From: an uncultured Chloroflexia bacterium
GTDB taxonomy: Bacteria > Chloroflexota > Anaerolineae > JAAYZQ01
Direction of reading: 5' to 3'
Assembly: GCA_963700285.1 (NCBI GenBank)
Contig: CAVOXA010000010.1
Coordinates: forward strand, 640,001 to 704,000
Length of the DNA stretch: 64,000 bases
Made by a program: the position numbers and the translations under genes. Under the pieces are notes generated by a model, which saw nothing but the letters and a program-made list of their open reading frames with translations, searched no databases and was not told the origin of the DNA. Below, piece by piece: positions 53,634 to 63,331 of this stretch (the stretch's first letter is position 1; each line of letters starts with the position of its first letter).

Positions 53634-54974
53634 CTAGGCGAGATCGTGTTTCTGGCAAAAGTCCTCGAGCACTTGTTCCAGGTCTGGCCGGCCGATCTCC
53701 TGCAGGTTGTAGTACACACGGGTTGACGGCTTGTCGATGTTGATAATGCGGCTCAGGTCAATGGGCGTACCGATAACTACGGCATCGCACTCGGTGGCGT
53801 TGATGGTTGCCTCCAGATCCCTGAGCTGCTGCTCGCCGTAGCCCATGGCCGGAAGCAGGACGCCGATGTTGGGGTAGGTCTCAAAGGTTTCCTTCAACCT
53901 GCCCACCGTATAGGGTCGCGGATCTACAAAGCCGGCCGCGCCAAACTTTTGGGCGGCAACCATGCCAGCCCCGAACTGCATTTCGCCATGGGTCAGGGTT
54001 GGCCCATCCTCGACCACAAGGACCTGCTTGCCTTTCACTACCGAGGGATCGTCCATGTCCAGCGTCGAGGCGGCATCCACCACGATGGCATCGGGATTCA
54101 CGGCGGCGATATTCTTGCGTACGGCGTCAATGCCGGCACGATCGGCGCTGTCCATCTTGTTGATGACCACCACGTCAGCCATGCGCAAGGTAATCTCACC
54201 GGGATAATAGGTCAGCTCGTGTCCGGGTCGGTGGGGATCGACAACGGTGACGTGCAGATCTGACTTGTAGAAAGGAAAGTCGTTGTTGCCGCCGTCCCAA
54301 ACGATTACGTCACAGCCGTCGGGATCGTTCTCCGCAGCCCGCAGGATGGCTTCATAGTCGACACCAGCGTAAATTACGTTGCCCCGCACGACGTGCGGCT
54401 CATACTCTTCCATCTCTTCGATGGTGCAATGGTGCCTGTCCAGATCCTCGATGGTGGCAAAACGCTGTACGCGCTGGGCAACCAAGTCACCGTAAGGCAT
54501 AGGGTGGCGGATAGCTACCACGTTAAGCCCCTTTGCCATCAGGAGTTCGATGATGCGGCGCGATGTCTGGCTCTTGCCGCTTCCTGTGCGCACAGCCCCC
54601 ACCGAGACGACCGGTTTTGTGCTTTCGATCTGGGTGTCCTTGGGCCCGAGCAGCAAGAAACTGGCGCCGGCTGCCTGGGCAATGGCGTTGACGGCCATCA
54701 CGTGCTGGTAGGGGATGTCGCTGTAGGAAAAGACACACTCGTCCACGTCAAGGTCTTGGATCAATTGTGGCAGGCTAGCTTCGGCGTGGATAGGGATGCC
54801 CTCTGGGTAGACCTTACCCGCCAGTTCCGGTGGATAGCGCCGGCCTTCGATGTCGGGGATCTGAGCCGCCGTGAAAGCCACAACGTTGTAGGCATTGTTG
54901 TCCCTGTAGTAGGTGTTAAAGTTATGAAAGTCCCGTCCAGCCGCGCCAAGAATGATGATATTTCTCTTGTCCAT
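53634..54974 (-). CDS. COG2403 P-loop protein (cDPG synthetase-like; arginine synthetase ArcE type)
   Basis: ILGAAGRDFHNFN, AVRTGSGKSQT, IRHPMPYG, EEMEEYEPH, WDGGNND, VEDGPTLTHG, LPAMGY; start ATG 54974 after GAGGAG. Confidence 0.8.
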   Translation of the reverse strand: MDKRNIIILGAAGRDFHNFNTYYRDNNAYNVVAFTAAQIPDIEGRRYPPELAGKVYPEGIPIHAEASLPQLIQDLDVDECVFSYSDIPYQHVMAVNAIAQAAGASFLLLGPKDTQIESTKPVVSVGAVRTGSGKSQTSRRIIELLMAKGLNVVAIRHPMPYGDLVAQRVQRFATIEDLDRHHCTIEEMEEYEPHVVRGNVIYAGVDYEAILRAAENDPDGCDVIVWDGGNNDFPFYKSDLHVTVVDPHRPGHELTYYPGEITLRMADVVVINKMDSADRAGIDAVRKNIAAVNPDAIVVDAASTLDMDDPSVVKGKQVLVVEDGPTLTHGEMQFGAGMVAAQKFGAAGFVDPRPYTVGRLKETFETYPNIGVLLPAMGYGEQQLRDLEATINATECDAVVIGTPIDLSRIINIDKPSTRVYYNLQEIGRPDLEQVLEDFCQKHDLA

Positions 54975-55047
54975 GTTCTCCTCTGCTTTGTCGAATTGGG
55001 GCCGCTCTGAGGAACCTGCGCCCCCAGCCAGATTTTCAGTTGAGCTT

Positions 55048-56190
55048 TTAGTAGCCCGGAAGCTGCTTGGGAAAGTAATCCTCCAGTATCCCCTCTCGGT
55101 AGACATCGGCCGTAGCGCAATGCAGGCCGCCGCCAAAGGCTCCCACATCCCAGAAGGGCACTGGGATGACCTCAAAACCTAGCTTGTCAAACTGCTCCAT
55201 CTGCGCTGTCTCGCTGGCTTCCACGCAGATGGTATTGGGATCGAGCATGAGGGTGTTCATCGATAGCCAGACACTGCAGTAACAGAGCGGCGGTTTCTTG
55301 TCAAGCGCAGGGGCTGCGCACTCGACAATCTCCCAATCGTTCTTTCTGAACAATTCTACCATCTCGTCGTAGAGCGGGGCGCGCTCGCGGTTGCTGAGGG
55401 CCAGTCCAGGCCGCAACAGCACAAAAGTCGCGTCAATATGTGTGGGATCGGGCTCACGGAATAGCACCTCGTGGATGCGGTGATTGGGAAAGTGACGGCG
55501 CAGCCATTCGATGCCTGCCGCGTTTGTGGTCAGGGATCGTTGGGCAAAAAGGTCCTTGCCGGCGCGCCCCACGTCAGCCGCGTCGAAGAGGGGTTCTTTT
55601 TCAGTGAGTGCCCACGATTTTTTGCAGGTATAGTCTCTTATCTGCTCTTCCGCTATCTTGGTCTCGAACTCTTGCCAAAAACCGAGGTTGTAGGAAGCGT
55701 CGCTCAGCCGGGGCTTGGGAGCCGATTCCCATCGAAAGTTAGGGTCCTCATCATAGTACTGCTGAAGGAGCGGCCGGTAGCAGAGGTATTCGAACCAACG
55801 GCTGCGGTAGGACATGGTTGCTTCCAAGATTTCGTTGCCCACCGTGAGCAATACGTCCCGGGGCGGCATACAGCCGCTCATCGAGTCCTGGACCCAGTCC
55901 GGGGTCTGTACTTTCTGACTGAAATCCAGCGGCGTGGGCCGGTCCACCCGGATCCCACGTTTCTGCAGCAAGGCTGCAAAGTTGTCCATCTGCTCATTGG
56001 CCCTATCTTCCATTTCCTGGGGCAGCAATCCATAGGTACCCAGGGGAAAGCCGTATTCGGGCCAGTCACGCTGAACCGCGGGCTCGGGCGCCTGGACCAT
56101 CGCCCCCGTAGCCACGCCGATAATGACGTGCTTGAGGGGGTCCCATTCGTTCCAAGAGTTCACCACTGTCGGGTTCTTTTCGGTTTTCAA
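55048..56190 (-). CDS. Amidinotransferase (glycine amidinotransferase/StrB family)
   Basis: NSWNEWDPL, PRDVLL, FDAAD (Asp), HIDAT (His), GGGLHCAT (Cys); TTG start after GGAGG. Confidence 0.92.
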   Translation of the reverse strand: MKTEKNPTVVNSWNEWDPLKHVIIGVATGAMVQAPEPAVQRDWPEYGFPLGTYGLLPQEMEDRANEQMDNFAALLQKRGIRVDRPTPLDFSQKVQTPDWVQDSMSGCMPPRDVLLTVGNEILEATMSYRSRWFEYLCYRPLLQQYYDEDPNFRWESAPKPRLSDASYNLGFWQEFETKIAEEQIRDYTCKKSWALTEKEPLFDAADVGRAGKDLFAQRSLTTNAAGIEWLRRHFPNHRIHEVLFREPDPTHIDATFVLLRPGLALSNRERAPLYDEMVELFRKNDWEIVECAAPALDKKPPLCYCSVWLSMNTLMLDPNTICVEASETAQMEQFDKLGFEVIPVPFWDVGAFGGGLHCATADVYREGILEDYFPKQLPGY

Positions 56191-56258
56191 GCTATCCTCC
56201 CAGAAGGGCCAGAAAGATGGTGGGCGCCCCAGACCGGCACAAGATCCAATTGTTCCCT

Positions 56259-56423
56259 ATCATGGATCAAGTCACGCATCCTGTCAAGTACTGGATGGTA
56301 TCAGCTACTGTGCCAAAGGGGCCCAAGGGATCTTTTTTCCCTGCGGGCACGGAGAGGGGCTCGATCTTGTTTTCAGAAGTGACCGAACTGGGACTTGACA
56401 GCCTACCCCCTATGAGCGATACT
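56259..56423. promoter_or_regulatory. Divergent promoter pair for the amidinotransferase and gabT
   Basis: Minus strand TTGACA-17-CATGAT (56287-56259); plus strand TTGACA-17-GATACT (56395-56423). Confidence 0.55.
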
Positions 56424-56566
56424 AGAGCAGCAGTGATTTGCTGGCTGTCCCTTGCACAGCCTGGAATGCGGAGTCCAAGAGATGTATTCTGTAGCGTTTC
56501 AGAGGCGTACGGGACTGCAATTGCAGATGCTGTCCCATCATTTGACCAAGTTGAGGAGGAGGAACG

Positions 56567-57836
56567 ATGAAGGATCCCAAGGAAAGTCTATGTCCTATCT
56601 TGAGCCACTACACGTCTATTGAGGTCGACCGGGGTGAGGGACCATACCTGTATGCGACCAATGGCCGTCGGTATCTGGATCTGACGACTGGCATCGGCGT
56701 AACCAACACCGGGCACTGCCATCCCCAAGTTGTGGCAGCCGCCCAGGCTCAGGTTGGCAAGCTGATCCATGGCCAGGCCAATATCGTCTACCACAAGCCG
56801 GCGTTAGAGCTGGTACAGGAGTTGCAGCAGATCCTGCCACCGCACCTGGATGGTTTCTTTTTCGCCAACTCCGGGGCGGAGGCCATCGAGGCAGCTATGA
56901 AACTGTCGCGACATGCCACGGGCCGGACCAATATGGTTGTCTTTCAGGGGGGATTCCACGGCAGGACCATCGGGTCCGTGTCTCTGACCACGTCGAATCC
57001 TATATACCATTACAAGTACCAACCTCTCATGTCGGGCGTGTACGTGGCGCCCTTTCCCTATAGCTATTACTATGGTTGGTCGGAGAAAGAGACTGAGGCC
57101 TTTTGTCTCAAGCAGTTGCGCCATTTGCTGGCCTCACAGACGGCGCCAGAAGAGACGGCAGCCATGCTCGTTGAGCCGGTGCTGGGCGAAGGCGGCTACG
57201 TCGTACCGACACCCGGCTTTCTTGCCAGCGTGCAGGGGATCTGCCGCGAGCACGGCATCCTGCTGATTGCGGATGAGGTTCAATCTGGATTCGGCCGTAC
57301 CGGAAAATGGTTCGCCCACCAGCACTTTGGGGTCGAGCCAGACATCGTAGTGATGGCCAAGGGTCTGGCCTCTGGTTTCCCGCTAAGCGGCATCGCGGCG
57401 CGGTCGGATCTGATGAGGCACTCGCCGGTCGGCTCCCAGGGAGGCACCTATGGCGGAAACGCGGTCGCCTGCGCGGCCGCGGTGGCGACCTTGCGCGTGT
57501 TGGGGGAGGAAGGCTTGATCGAGAACAGCGCAAGGATGGGAGCCAAGCTTGATGAATCAGCTCAAGGCGCTGCAGGAACAGTTTCCCGTCATTGGTGAGG
57601 TGCGCGGCCTTGGCCTGATGGTGGGCGTCGAGTTCACCTCGGCAGACGGCAGTCCGGATTCGGCAACGGCTAAAGCAGTGGTGAAAGTATGTCTGGATGA
57701 GGGTCTGATCTTGCTTACTTGCGGTACCTATGGCAACGTGATCCGCTGGATCCCGCCTCTGATTATCAATGATTCTCAACTGGATGAGGCATTGAGTATT
57801 TTCGCAGGGGCCCTGAATGCAGTCGTAGCCGTTTAG
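56567..57836 (+). CDS. gabT: Class III aminotransferase, 4-aminobutyrate aminotransferase-like; one frameshift near 57549
   Basis: NSGAEAIEAA, FHGRT, EPVLGEGG, ADEVQSGFGRTG, MAKG, GGTYGGN; the C-terminus (VRGLGLMVGVE, IRWIPPL) is in another frame. Confidence 0.8.
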
Positions 57837-57959
57837 CCTGCGTCCTTTTGAGGTGATAGAACCTGGTGGGAGCACAGTGCGCGTCTTTCTCGTGCTCCCA
57901 TCGAGAGAACGCCGCTGGCCCAAGATCCAGAGGCGCCGCACTTGAGGTGAAATGGGACA

Positions 57960-59213
57960 TTGACGATATTCAATCTAGCCTACGGCGACACGCAATTGGA
58001 TGTAGATATGCCAAGCGCCAACGTGCTGGGGGTGCTTGAGCCCCTGAGCAGCGGACCACCGCGGGACGAAGCGGAAGTGGTGCGACTCGCTCTCGCTCAG
58101 CCCATCGGCTGCCCCTGTCTGCGGGATCTGGTGCGTGCTGGACAACGCGTGGCAGTCATTACCAGTGACCTGACGCGCCCCTGCCCGTCGGAACGGCTAC
58201 TTCCCTTCCTATTGGACGAGCTGGCAGAGGCTGGCATCCGGGATGAGGACATGACCATCGTCCTGGCCCTGGGCCTCCACAGGCCAATGACGGAGCCAGA
58301 GATTATGGCGGCAGTAGGACCGGCTGTCTACCAGCGCGTACGGGTGCTCAATCACGATCCGGCGGATGTCATCCGGCTGAGCATTACCTCACGGGGTACT
58401 CCTATCGATGTCTTTCGTGCGGTGGTGGAAGCCGATGTGCGCATCTGTGCTGGGAACCTGGAACTGCACTATTTTGCCGGCTACTCTGGCGGGGCCAAGG
58501 CGATTCTGCCTGGCTGCGCCTCCAAGGCGACGATCCAGGCAAATCACGCCATGATGGTCATGCCGGAGGCATGCGCCGGGCGTCTGGACGGTAACCCAGT
58601 TCGCGCGGATCTAGAAGAGGGGGCGGCGATGGTGGGGATAGACTTTATCCTCAACGTTGTGGTGGACAGCGAGCATCGCATCGTAGCCGCAGTTGCGGGC
58701 GAGGTGACTGCTGCCCACCGGCGGGGGTGTGAACTGGTGGCGGAGCAAGGGATTGTACCCGTGGCTGAGCTGGCTGACATCGTGCTGGCCAGCGCTGGCG
58801 GATTCCCAAAAGACGTGAACTTGTACCAGGCGCAGAAGGGGCTGGACAACGCGGCCCACGCCGTACGGCATGGGGGAGCCATCGTCCTGGTGGCGGAATG
58901 CCGCGAGGGCCTGGGTAATGCCACCTTTGAGGCCTGGTTGCGGGAGGCAAGCTCACCGGATGAAGTGCTGGAACGAATCCAGAAGGAGTTTGTCCTGGGT
59001 GGTCACAAGGCGGCGGCTGTAGCTTCCGTGCTGAAGAAGGCGGATGTCTGCTTGGTCTCCTCCATGCCGGCGGACTTGGTCAAAAGCTGTGGATTGATCT
59101 CCTTTGATGACGTCCATCAGGCCGTACGGTCCGTGCTTGACCGGCAGGGAGAATCTGCTCGTGTCCTTGTCATGCCACAAGCGGGATCTGTTTTGCCGGT
59201 TCAGACTGTCTAG
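57960..59213 (+). CDS. larA: LarA-superfamily nickel-pincer racemase/epimerase
   Basis: SDLTRP, ALGLHR, HYFAGYSGGAK, GGFPKDVNLYQAQK; substrate uncertain. Confidence 0.85.
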   Translation: MTIFNLAYGDTQLDVDMPSANVLGVLEPLSSGPPRDEAEVVRLALAQPIGCPCLRDLVRAGQRVAVITSDLTRPCPSERLLPFLLDELAEAGIRDEDMTIVLALGLHRPMTEPEIMAAVGPAVYQRVRVLNHDPADVIRLSITSRGTPIDVFRAVVEADVRICAGNLELHYFAGYSGGAKAILPGCASKATIQANHAMMVMPEACAGRLDGNPVRADLEEGAAMVGIDFILNVVVDSEHRIVAAVAGEVTAAHRRGCELVAEQGIVPVAELADIVLASAGGFPKDVNLYQAQKGLDNAAHAVRHGGAIVLVAECREGLGNATFEAWLREASSPDEVLERIQKEFVLGGHKAAAVASVLKKADVCLVSSMPADLVKSCGLISFDDVHQAVRSVLDRQGESARVLVMPQAGSVLPVQTV

Positions 59214-59281
59214 CAACGATGGGTTCTGGCTGAGTATGGCATGGACAGAGGCTGCACTTGTTGTCCGTCTTGCCCTTCCAT

Positions 59282-59310
59282 TTGACCGTGCCCAAGATTT
59301 GAGGTATAAT
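59282..59310 (+). promoter_or_regulatory. Sigma70 promoter of tRNA-Pro
   Basis: TTGACC-17nt-TATAAT. Confidence 0.75.
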
Positions 59311-59325
59311 CGTGAGTTGTAATGG

Positions 59326-59402
59326 CGGGGCGTAGCGCAGTCCGGTAGCGCACTTGAATGGGGTTCAAGTGGTCGCCCGTTCAAATCGGGCCGCCCCGAC
59401 CA
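59326..59402 (+). tRNA. tRNA-Pro(GGG)
   Basis: CGGGGCG acceptor stem, CTTGA-ATGGGGT-TCAAG anticodon arm, GTTCAAATC, encoded CCA. Confidence 0.95.
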
Positions 59403-59562
59403 CGAAGAAGATGGTCGATGGCGTGTTGCTGTCGGCCATTGCTTTATCCCGAGCACGGTCCCTCCGTGCCCTGCGAGTGGAGATAGCGTCGTCGAAGCAG
59501 AGATGCAGACAGCTTCGTCATGGACGAGACCTGGCTGGCGCTTTCTCGGAGTTGAGAAGCAG

Positions 59563-61066
59563 ATGGACAGCGTTGTTCATGCATGTGAGGATCTAACAGA
59601 AGAGGATATCGCGTTTCTGGAAGAGATCGAGGGGAACCTGGGCATCCTGGCTGACTCTGAGCCGGGCCGACGTCGCTCATGTATTGCCCTCTCGACGCTG
59701 AACGAGCGGTGGTGGTGGCCCAAGCCAGGCCTCACTCGATCCTGCCCATCTACAGCGAGTCGCTGGTTGGGCGGCAGGTAGGCTTTGCCGACGAGCCTGA
59801 CGTGATGCGGGCGCTGACGGAGGGCCGCCGGGGCTTCACCGAGGTTCGCCGTGGCGATGGCAGGCGGCAGTCTCCAGCCAAGGGAGCGCCTATCGTTCAG
59901 GAGACCTATCCGATCTGGGACGACGATGGGCAGGTGATTGCGGCGATCTGCATCGAGACGAACCTGATCGAGCGGGAGCGCCACCGGCGTCGCAGCAAGG
60001 TCTTTCAGCGAGCGCTGAAGCAGTTTCAGCGCGATGGTGTTGGCCGGGCAGTTGCAGGGCGCCGACCAATTGACGCCCTTTGCCGAGCACGATGGCGTCA
60101 TGGTCGTGGATGCCCAGCATCGCATCCAGTACGTCAGCGGCATTGCCACCAGCCTCTACCGCAAGCTGGGCTACGTCGGCGACCTGCTGAAGCGGCACAT
60201 CGAGGATCTGGAACTGGATGATCAGCAGCCTGGTCCTCGAGGCCCTGGAACAGGGCGACTGCTATCGAGCGCGAGATACAGGTCGGCGATCTGGTCTGGG
60301 TCAAGAAGGCGATCCCCTGTTTGCTCCCGCGCAAGGGGCTGCGCCGGCTGCTCACGCCAGGCGATAGGCGCCCTGGCGGCTGGAGGGCGCTCTGGTGACC
60401 ATCCACGACGAGACCGACGCCCGCCGCCAGGAGGAGGAGCTCCAGGTCAAGGTGGCCATGATCCAGGAGATCCATCACCGGGTCAAGAACAACATGCAGA
60501 CCATCGCCTCGCTGCTGCGGCTCCAGTCGCGCCGGGCCGAGTCGGAAGAGGTCCGGCGGGCGCTGCAGGAGGGCATCAACCGCATCCTGAGCGTGGCCGT
60601 GATCCACGAGTTCCTGGCCCACCAGGATGCCCGGGTCATCAACATCCGGGATGTGAGCCAGCGGATCATCAACCAGATCCGGGAAGGGGTGCTGGATCAG
60701 GAGAGGGGGATCCGCCTGGACTTGCGCGGTCCCAACATCTACCTGCCCACCCAGCCAGCCACCGTCTGCGCTCTGGTGATCAACGAGTTGCTGCAGAATG
60801 CGCTGGAGCATGGCTACGAGCGCCAGGAAGGTGGTACCGTCACCGTCAACCTGCAGGACGATGGCGAGCAGATCACCATCTCGGTGGACGACGATGGAGT
60901 GGGGCTGCCAGAGGACTTTGACCTGGCACAGACCAGCAGCCTGGGCCTGCAGATCGTCCAGACCCTGGCCGAAGGTGATCTCAAAGGCAGTTTTGAGCTT
61001 CACGGCAGGGACAAGGGCGTCTCGGCTGTCGTAACGTTCCCCAAACACAGCCAAGGAGGTAAGTAA
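59563..61066 (+). CDS. Cytoplasmic PdtaS/EutW-like histidine kinase; several frameshifts as sequenced
   Basis: N-terminal GILAD...VVVAQARP, PAS-like DGVMVVD, HisKA_2 QEIHHRVKNNMQ, NELLQNALEH, DDGVGLP, SLGLQIV. Confidence 0.85.
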
Positions 61067-61669
61067 TGGCAGAGCGGACACGAGTAATCATTGCCGATGA
61101 CGAATCCATCATTCGCATGGACCTGCGCGAGATGCTGACCAACCTGGGCTACCTGGTCGTCGGCGAGGTGGGCGATGGGCGGAGCGCGGTCAACCTGGCC
61201 CGCGAGCTCAAGCCCGACGTCGTGGTCATGGACATCAAGTTTGAGGGAGACGAGTTTGATGGCATCGACGCTGCCCGCATCCTGACCGAAGAGAAGATCG
61301 CCCCGGTGCTGCTTCTGACAGCGTACAGCCAGCGGGAGTTGGTGGTGCGGGCCAGGGAGGCGGGGGTGGTCGGCTACCTGGTCAAACCTTTCCGCGAGGC
61401 GGACCTGGTCCCGGCCATCGAGGTGGCGCTGGCGCGCTTTGACGAGTTCCAGGCCATGGAAAAGCAGGTTGGCGACCTGGAAGAGGCCCTGGAGACCCGC
61501 AAGTTTGTGGATCGGGCCAAGGGCATCCTGATGGACTCGCAGGAGCTTGACCGAGGCCGAGGCCTTTCGCAGGATCCAGAAGATGAGCATGAACACCCGC
61601 AAGCCGATGAAGGATGTGGCCGAGGCCATCATCCTGGCCCACCAGACCCAACAACAATCGGTTTTCTAG
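61066..61669 (+). CDS. ANTAR-domain response regulator (PdtaR/EutV-like); frameshift near 61548
   Basis: IADDESIIRMDL, LLTAYSQ, YLVKPF, ETRKFVDRAKGILM, then EAEAFRRIQKMSMNTRKPMKDVAEAI in another frame. Confidence 0.88.
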
Positions 61670-61690
61670 CGTGCTGTCAGTAGGCATGTC

Positions 61691-61730
61691 AGGACCCAGC
61701 CCCGAGCAAGAGACTGGGTCCTTTTTGTTT
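61691..61730 (+). terminator. Intrinsic terminator
   Basis: AGGACCCAG...CTGGGTCCT followed by TTTTGTTT. Confidence 0.8.
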
Positions 61731-61920
61731 GGTTTTATTGAGCCGCGGAAGACGCCCGGATCATCCGATTCCTGTTTCGAACACCCCAGGAATCGCTGAT
61801 TTGTAGTTCAGTCGATTTTCAGGTATAATAACGCTGTTCAGAGTGAGTTGTGCGGAAATTGCTGTATCCAGATCCCGTTTGGCCACTGGTCGATCAGCCA
61901 GCTAGGAAGGACCCGCTCTG

Positions 61921-62940
61921 TTGGCATCCCAGCACGATGCGCCGAAATCTCATGATGAGCAGATCGCAGCACTCATGGAGCGGGGGCGGGCCGCCGCCCA
62001 CGCCGGCCAGCAGGCTCGCGCCCAGCGCTACTTTGCCGCTGTGATAGAGATCGATCCATCCTACGAGGAGGCGTGGCTGGAACGGGCCGCCGTCGTCGAG
62101 GATCCTCAGGAGGCGATGGCACATCTGGCCCAGGTGTTGATGCTCAATCCTGGAAACGAGCTGGCCCGGCAAGAGCTGCGTTCTTTGCGGCAATCGGCTG
62201 GCAACCTGCCACCCTACCGTGGAATCCTCCCAACAGCGGTTGCCCACTCGCCCGTGCCAGCTTCCAAGCCCCTGTTGCCGCGCCTGCTTACCTTTGCCTG
62301 GGTATTGGTGGCGATGGTACTCCTCCTTCTGCTCGTAGGTGGTGCTCTGTGGGTAGATGCACCCCAAGCTGTGGTGGCAGCGCTGATGCCCACAGATACC
62401 CCCACTCCTACGCCGACATTCACGCCTACCTCCACGCCAACGTTCACGCTGACGCCTACATCAACCAACACGCCCACCTCTACCGCGACCCCGACGCCCA
62501 CGACAACGCCAACTGCAACGCATACACCGACATTCACACCAACGCCGACGCGACGTCCCACAAAGGTTCCGGCCGACCAGAGCGAGTCGGAGAAGTGGAT
62601 CGAGGTCGACCTATCCAAGCAACGGCTCTGTGCCTATGAGGGACAAAAGACAGTTTTCTGCGCTCCTGTATCCACGGGTACGAGCCGCTACCCCACGGTG
62701 AAGGGCAGGTTCGAGATCTATGCCAAGTACAGTTCTACCCGGATGCGCGGGCCTGGCTATGACCTGCCCAATGTCCCCTGGACCATGTACTTCCACAGGA
62801 GCTATGCCATCCACGGCACCTACTGGCACAACAGCTTTGGGCGGCCCATGAGCCACGGCTGCGTCAACATGAAAACATCCCAGGCCAGGCGACTTTATCA
62901 GTGGGCCCCCCAAAAGACGCTGGTGGTCGTCCATCGCTAG
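61921..62940 (+). CDS. L,D-transpeptidase (YkuD) with an N-terminal TPR-like domain, TM helix and Thr/Pro linker
   Basis: WIEVDLSKQ, VSTG, AIHGTYWH...SHGCVNM. Confidence 0.9.
   Translation: MASQHDAPKSHDEQIAALMERGRAAAHAGQQARAQRYFAAVIEIDPSYEEAWLERAAVVEDPQEAMAHLAQVLMLNPGNELARQELRSLRQSAGNLPPYRGILPTAVAHSPVPASKPLLPRLLTFAWVLVAMVLLLLLVGGALWVDAPQAVVAALMPTDTPTPTPTFTPTSTPTFTLTPTSTNTPTSTATPTPTTTPTATHTPTFTPTPTRRPTKVPADQSESEKWIEVDLSKQRLCAYEGQKTVFCAPVSTGTSRYPTVKGRFEIYAKYSSTRMRGPGYDLPNVPWTMYFHRSYAIHGTYWHNSFGRPMSHGCVNMKTSQARRLYQWAPQKTLVVVHR
62395..62556 (+). repeat. Low-complexity Thr-Pro coding repeat
   Basis: (T-P-T-x)n linker inside the L,D-transpeptidase. Confidence 0.8.
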
Positions 62941-62970
62941 AGGGCGCGCTGGGGAGCGTGGGAGAAAGCC

Positions 62971-63315
62971 ATGATCACTCCTGCTGGTGTGGAATGTCGC
63001 TACTACTATGCCGATTACTATCGGGGGCGCGAGCGCCAGGAATGCCGCCTCCTTGACCAGAACCCGCAGTCGGAAGCCTGGCGGCCGGAGCTGTGCAAGA
63101 ATTGTCCGGTGCCCGGCATTCTTCGGGCCAATGCCTGCCCGAACCTGGTACTGGAGGGCCGTGTCGAGAAGCGCTTCTTTGGGTTGTCGCGTCAGGTTGC
63201 CGCCAGGGCCGTCTGCTCCAAGTACCTGGTGGCAGTTCCCGAGCCGCAGATTGGCTGTGGCCACTGCCACGAGGAACGCTCTGGCGCGGCCTTGTTCAAC
63301 TCCTCTGAACGATGA
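62971..63315 (+). CDS. Small Cys-rich hypothetical protein
   Basis: ECRYYYADYYRGR, ECRLL, CKNC, NAC, VCSK, GCGHCH; RBS GGAG. Confidence 0.75.
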   Translation: MITPAGVECRYYYADYYRGRERQECRLLDQNPQSEAWRPELCKNCPVPGILRANACPNLVLEGRVEKRFFGLSRQVAARAVCSKYLVAVPEPQIGCGHCHEERSGAALFNSSER

Positions 63316-63331
63316 ATCCTGCGTGACCACT

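Noticed and set aside
56190-56260. Guanidine riboswitch upstream of the amidinotransferase
   Set aside because: The leader is short, with no twin ACGR hairpins or ykkC consensus
57540-57560. Programmed frameshift in gabT
   Set aside because: No slippery sequence; a single extra base is better explained by sequencing error or recent mutation
59326-59460. tRNA-Pro (or tRNA-Tyr) as an integration site
   Set aside because: No duplicated tRNA 3' end or integrase seen in the window
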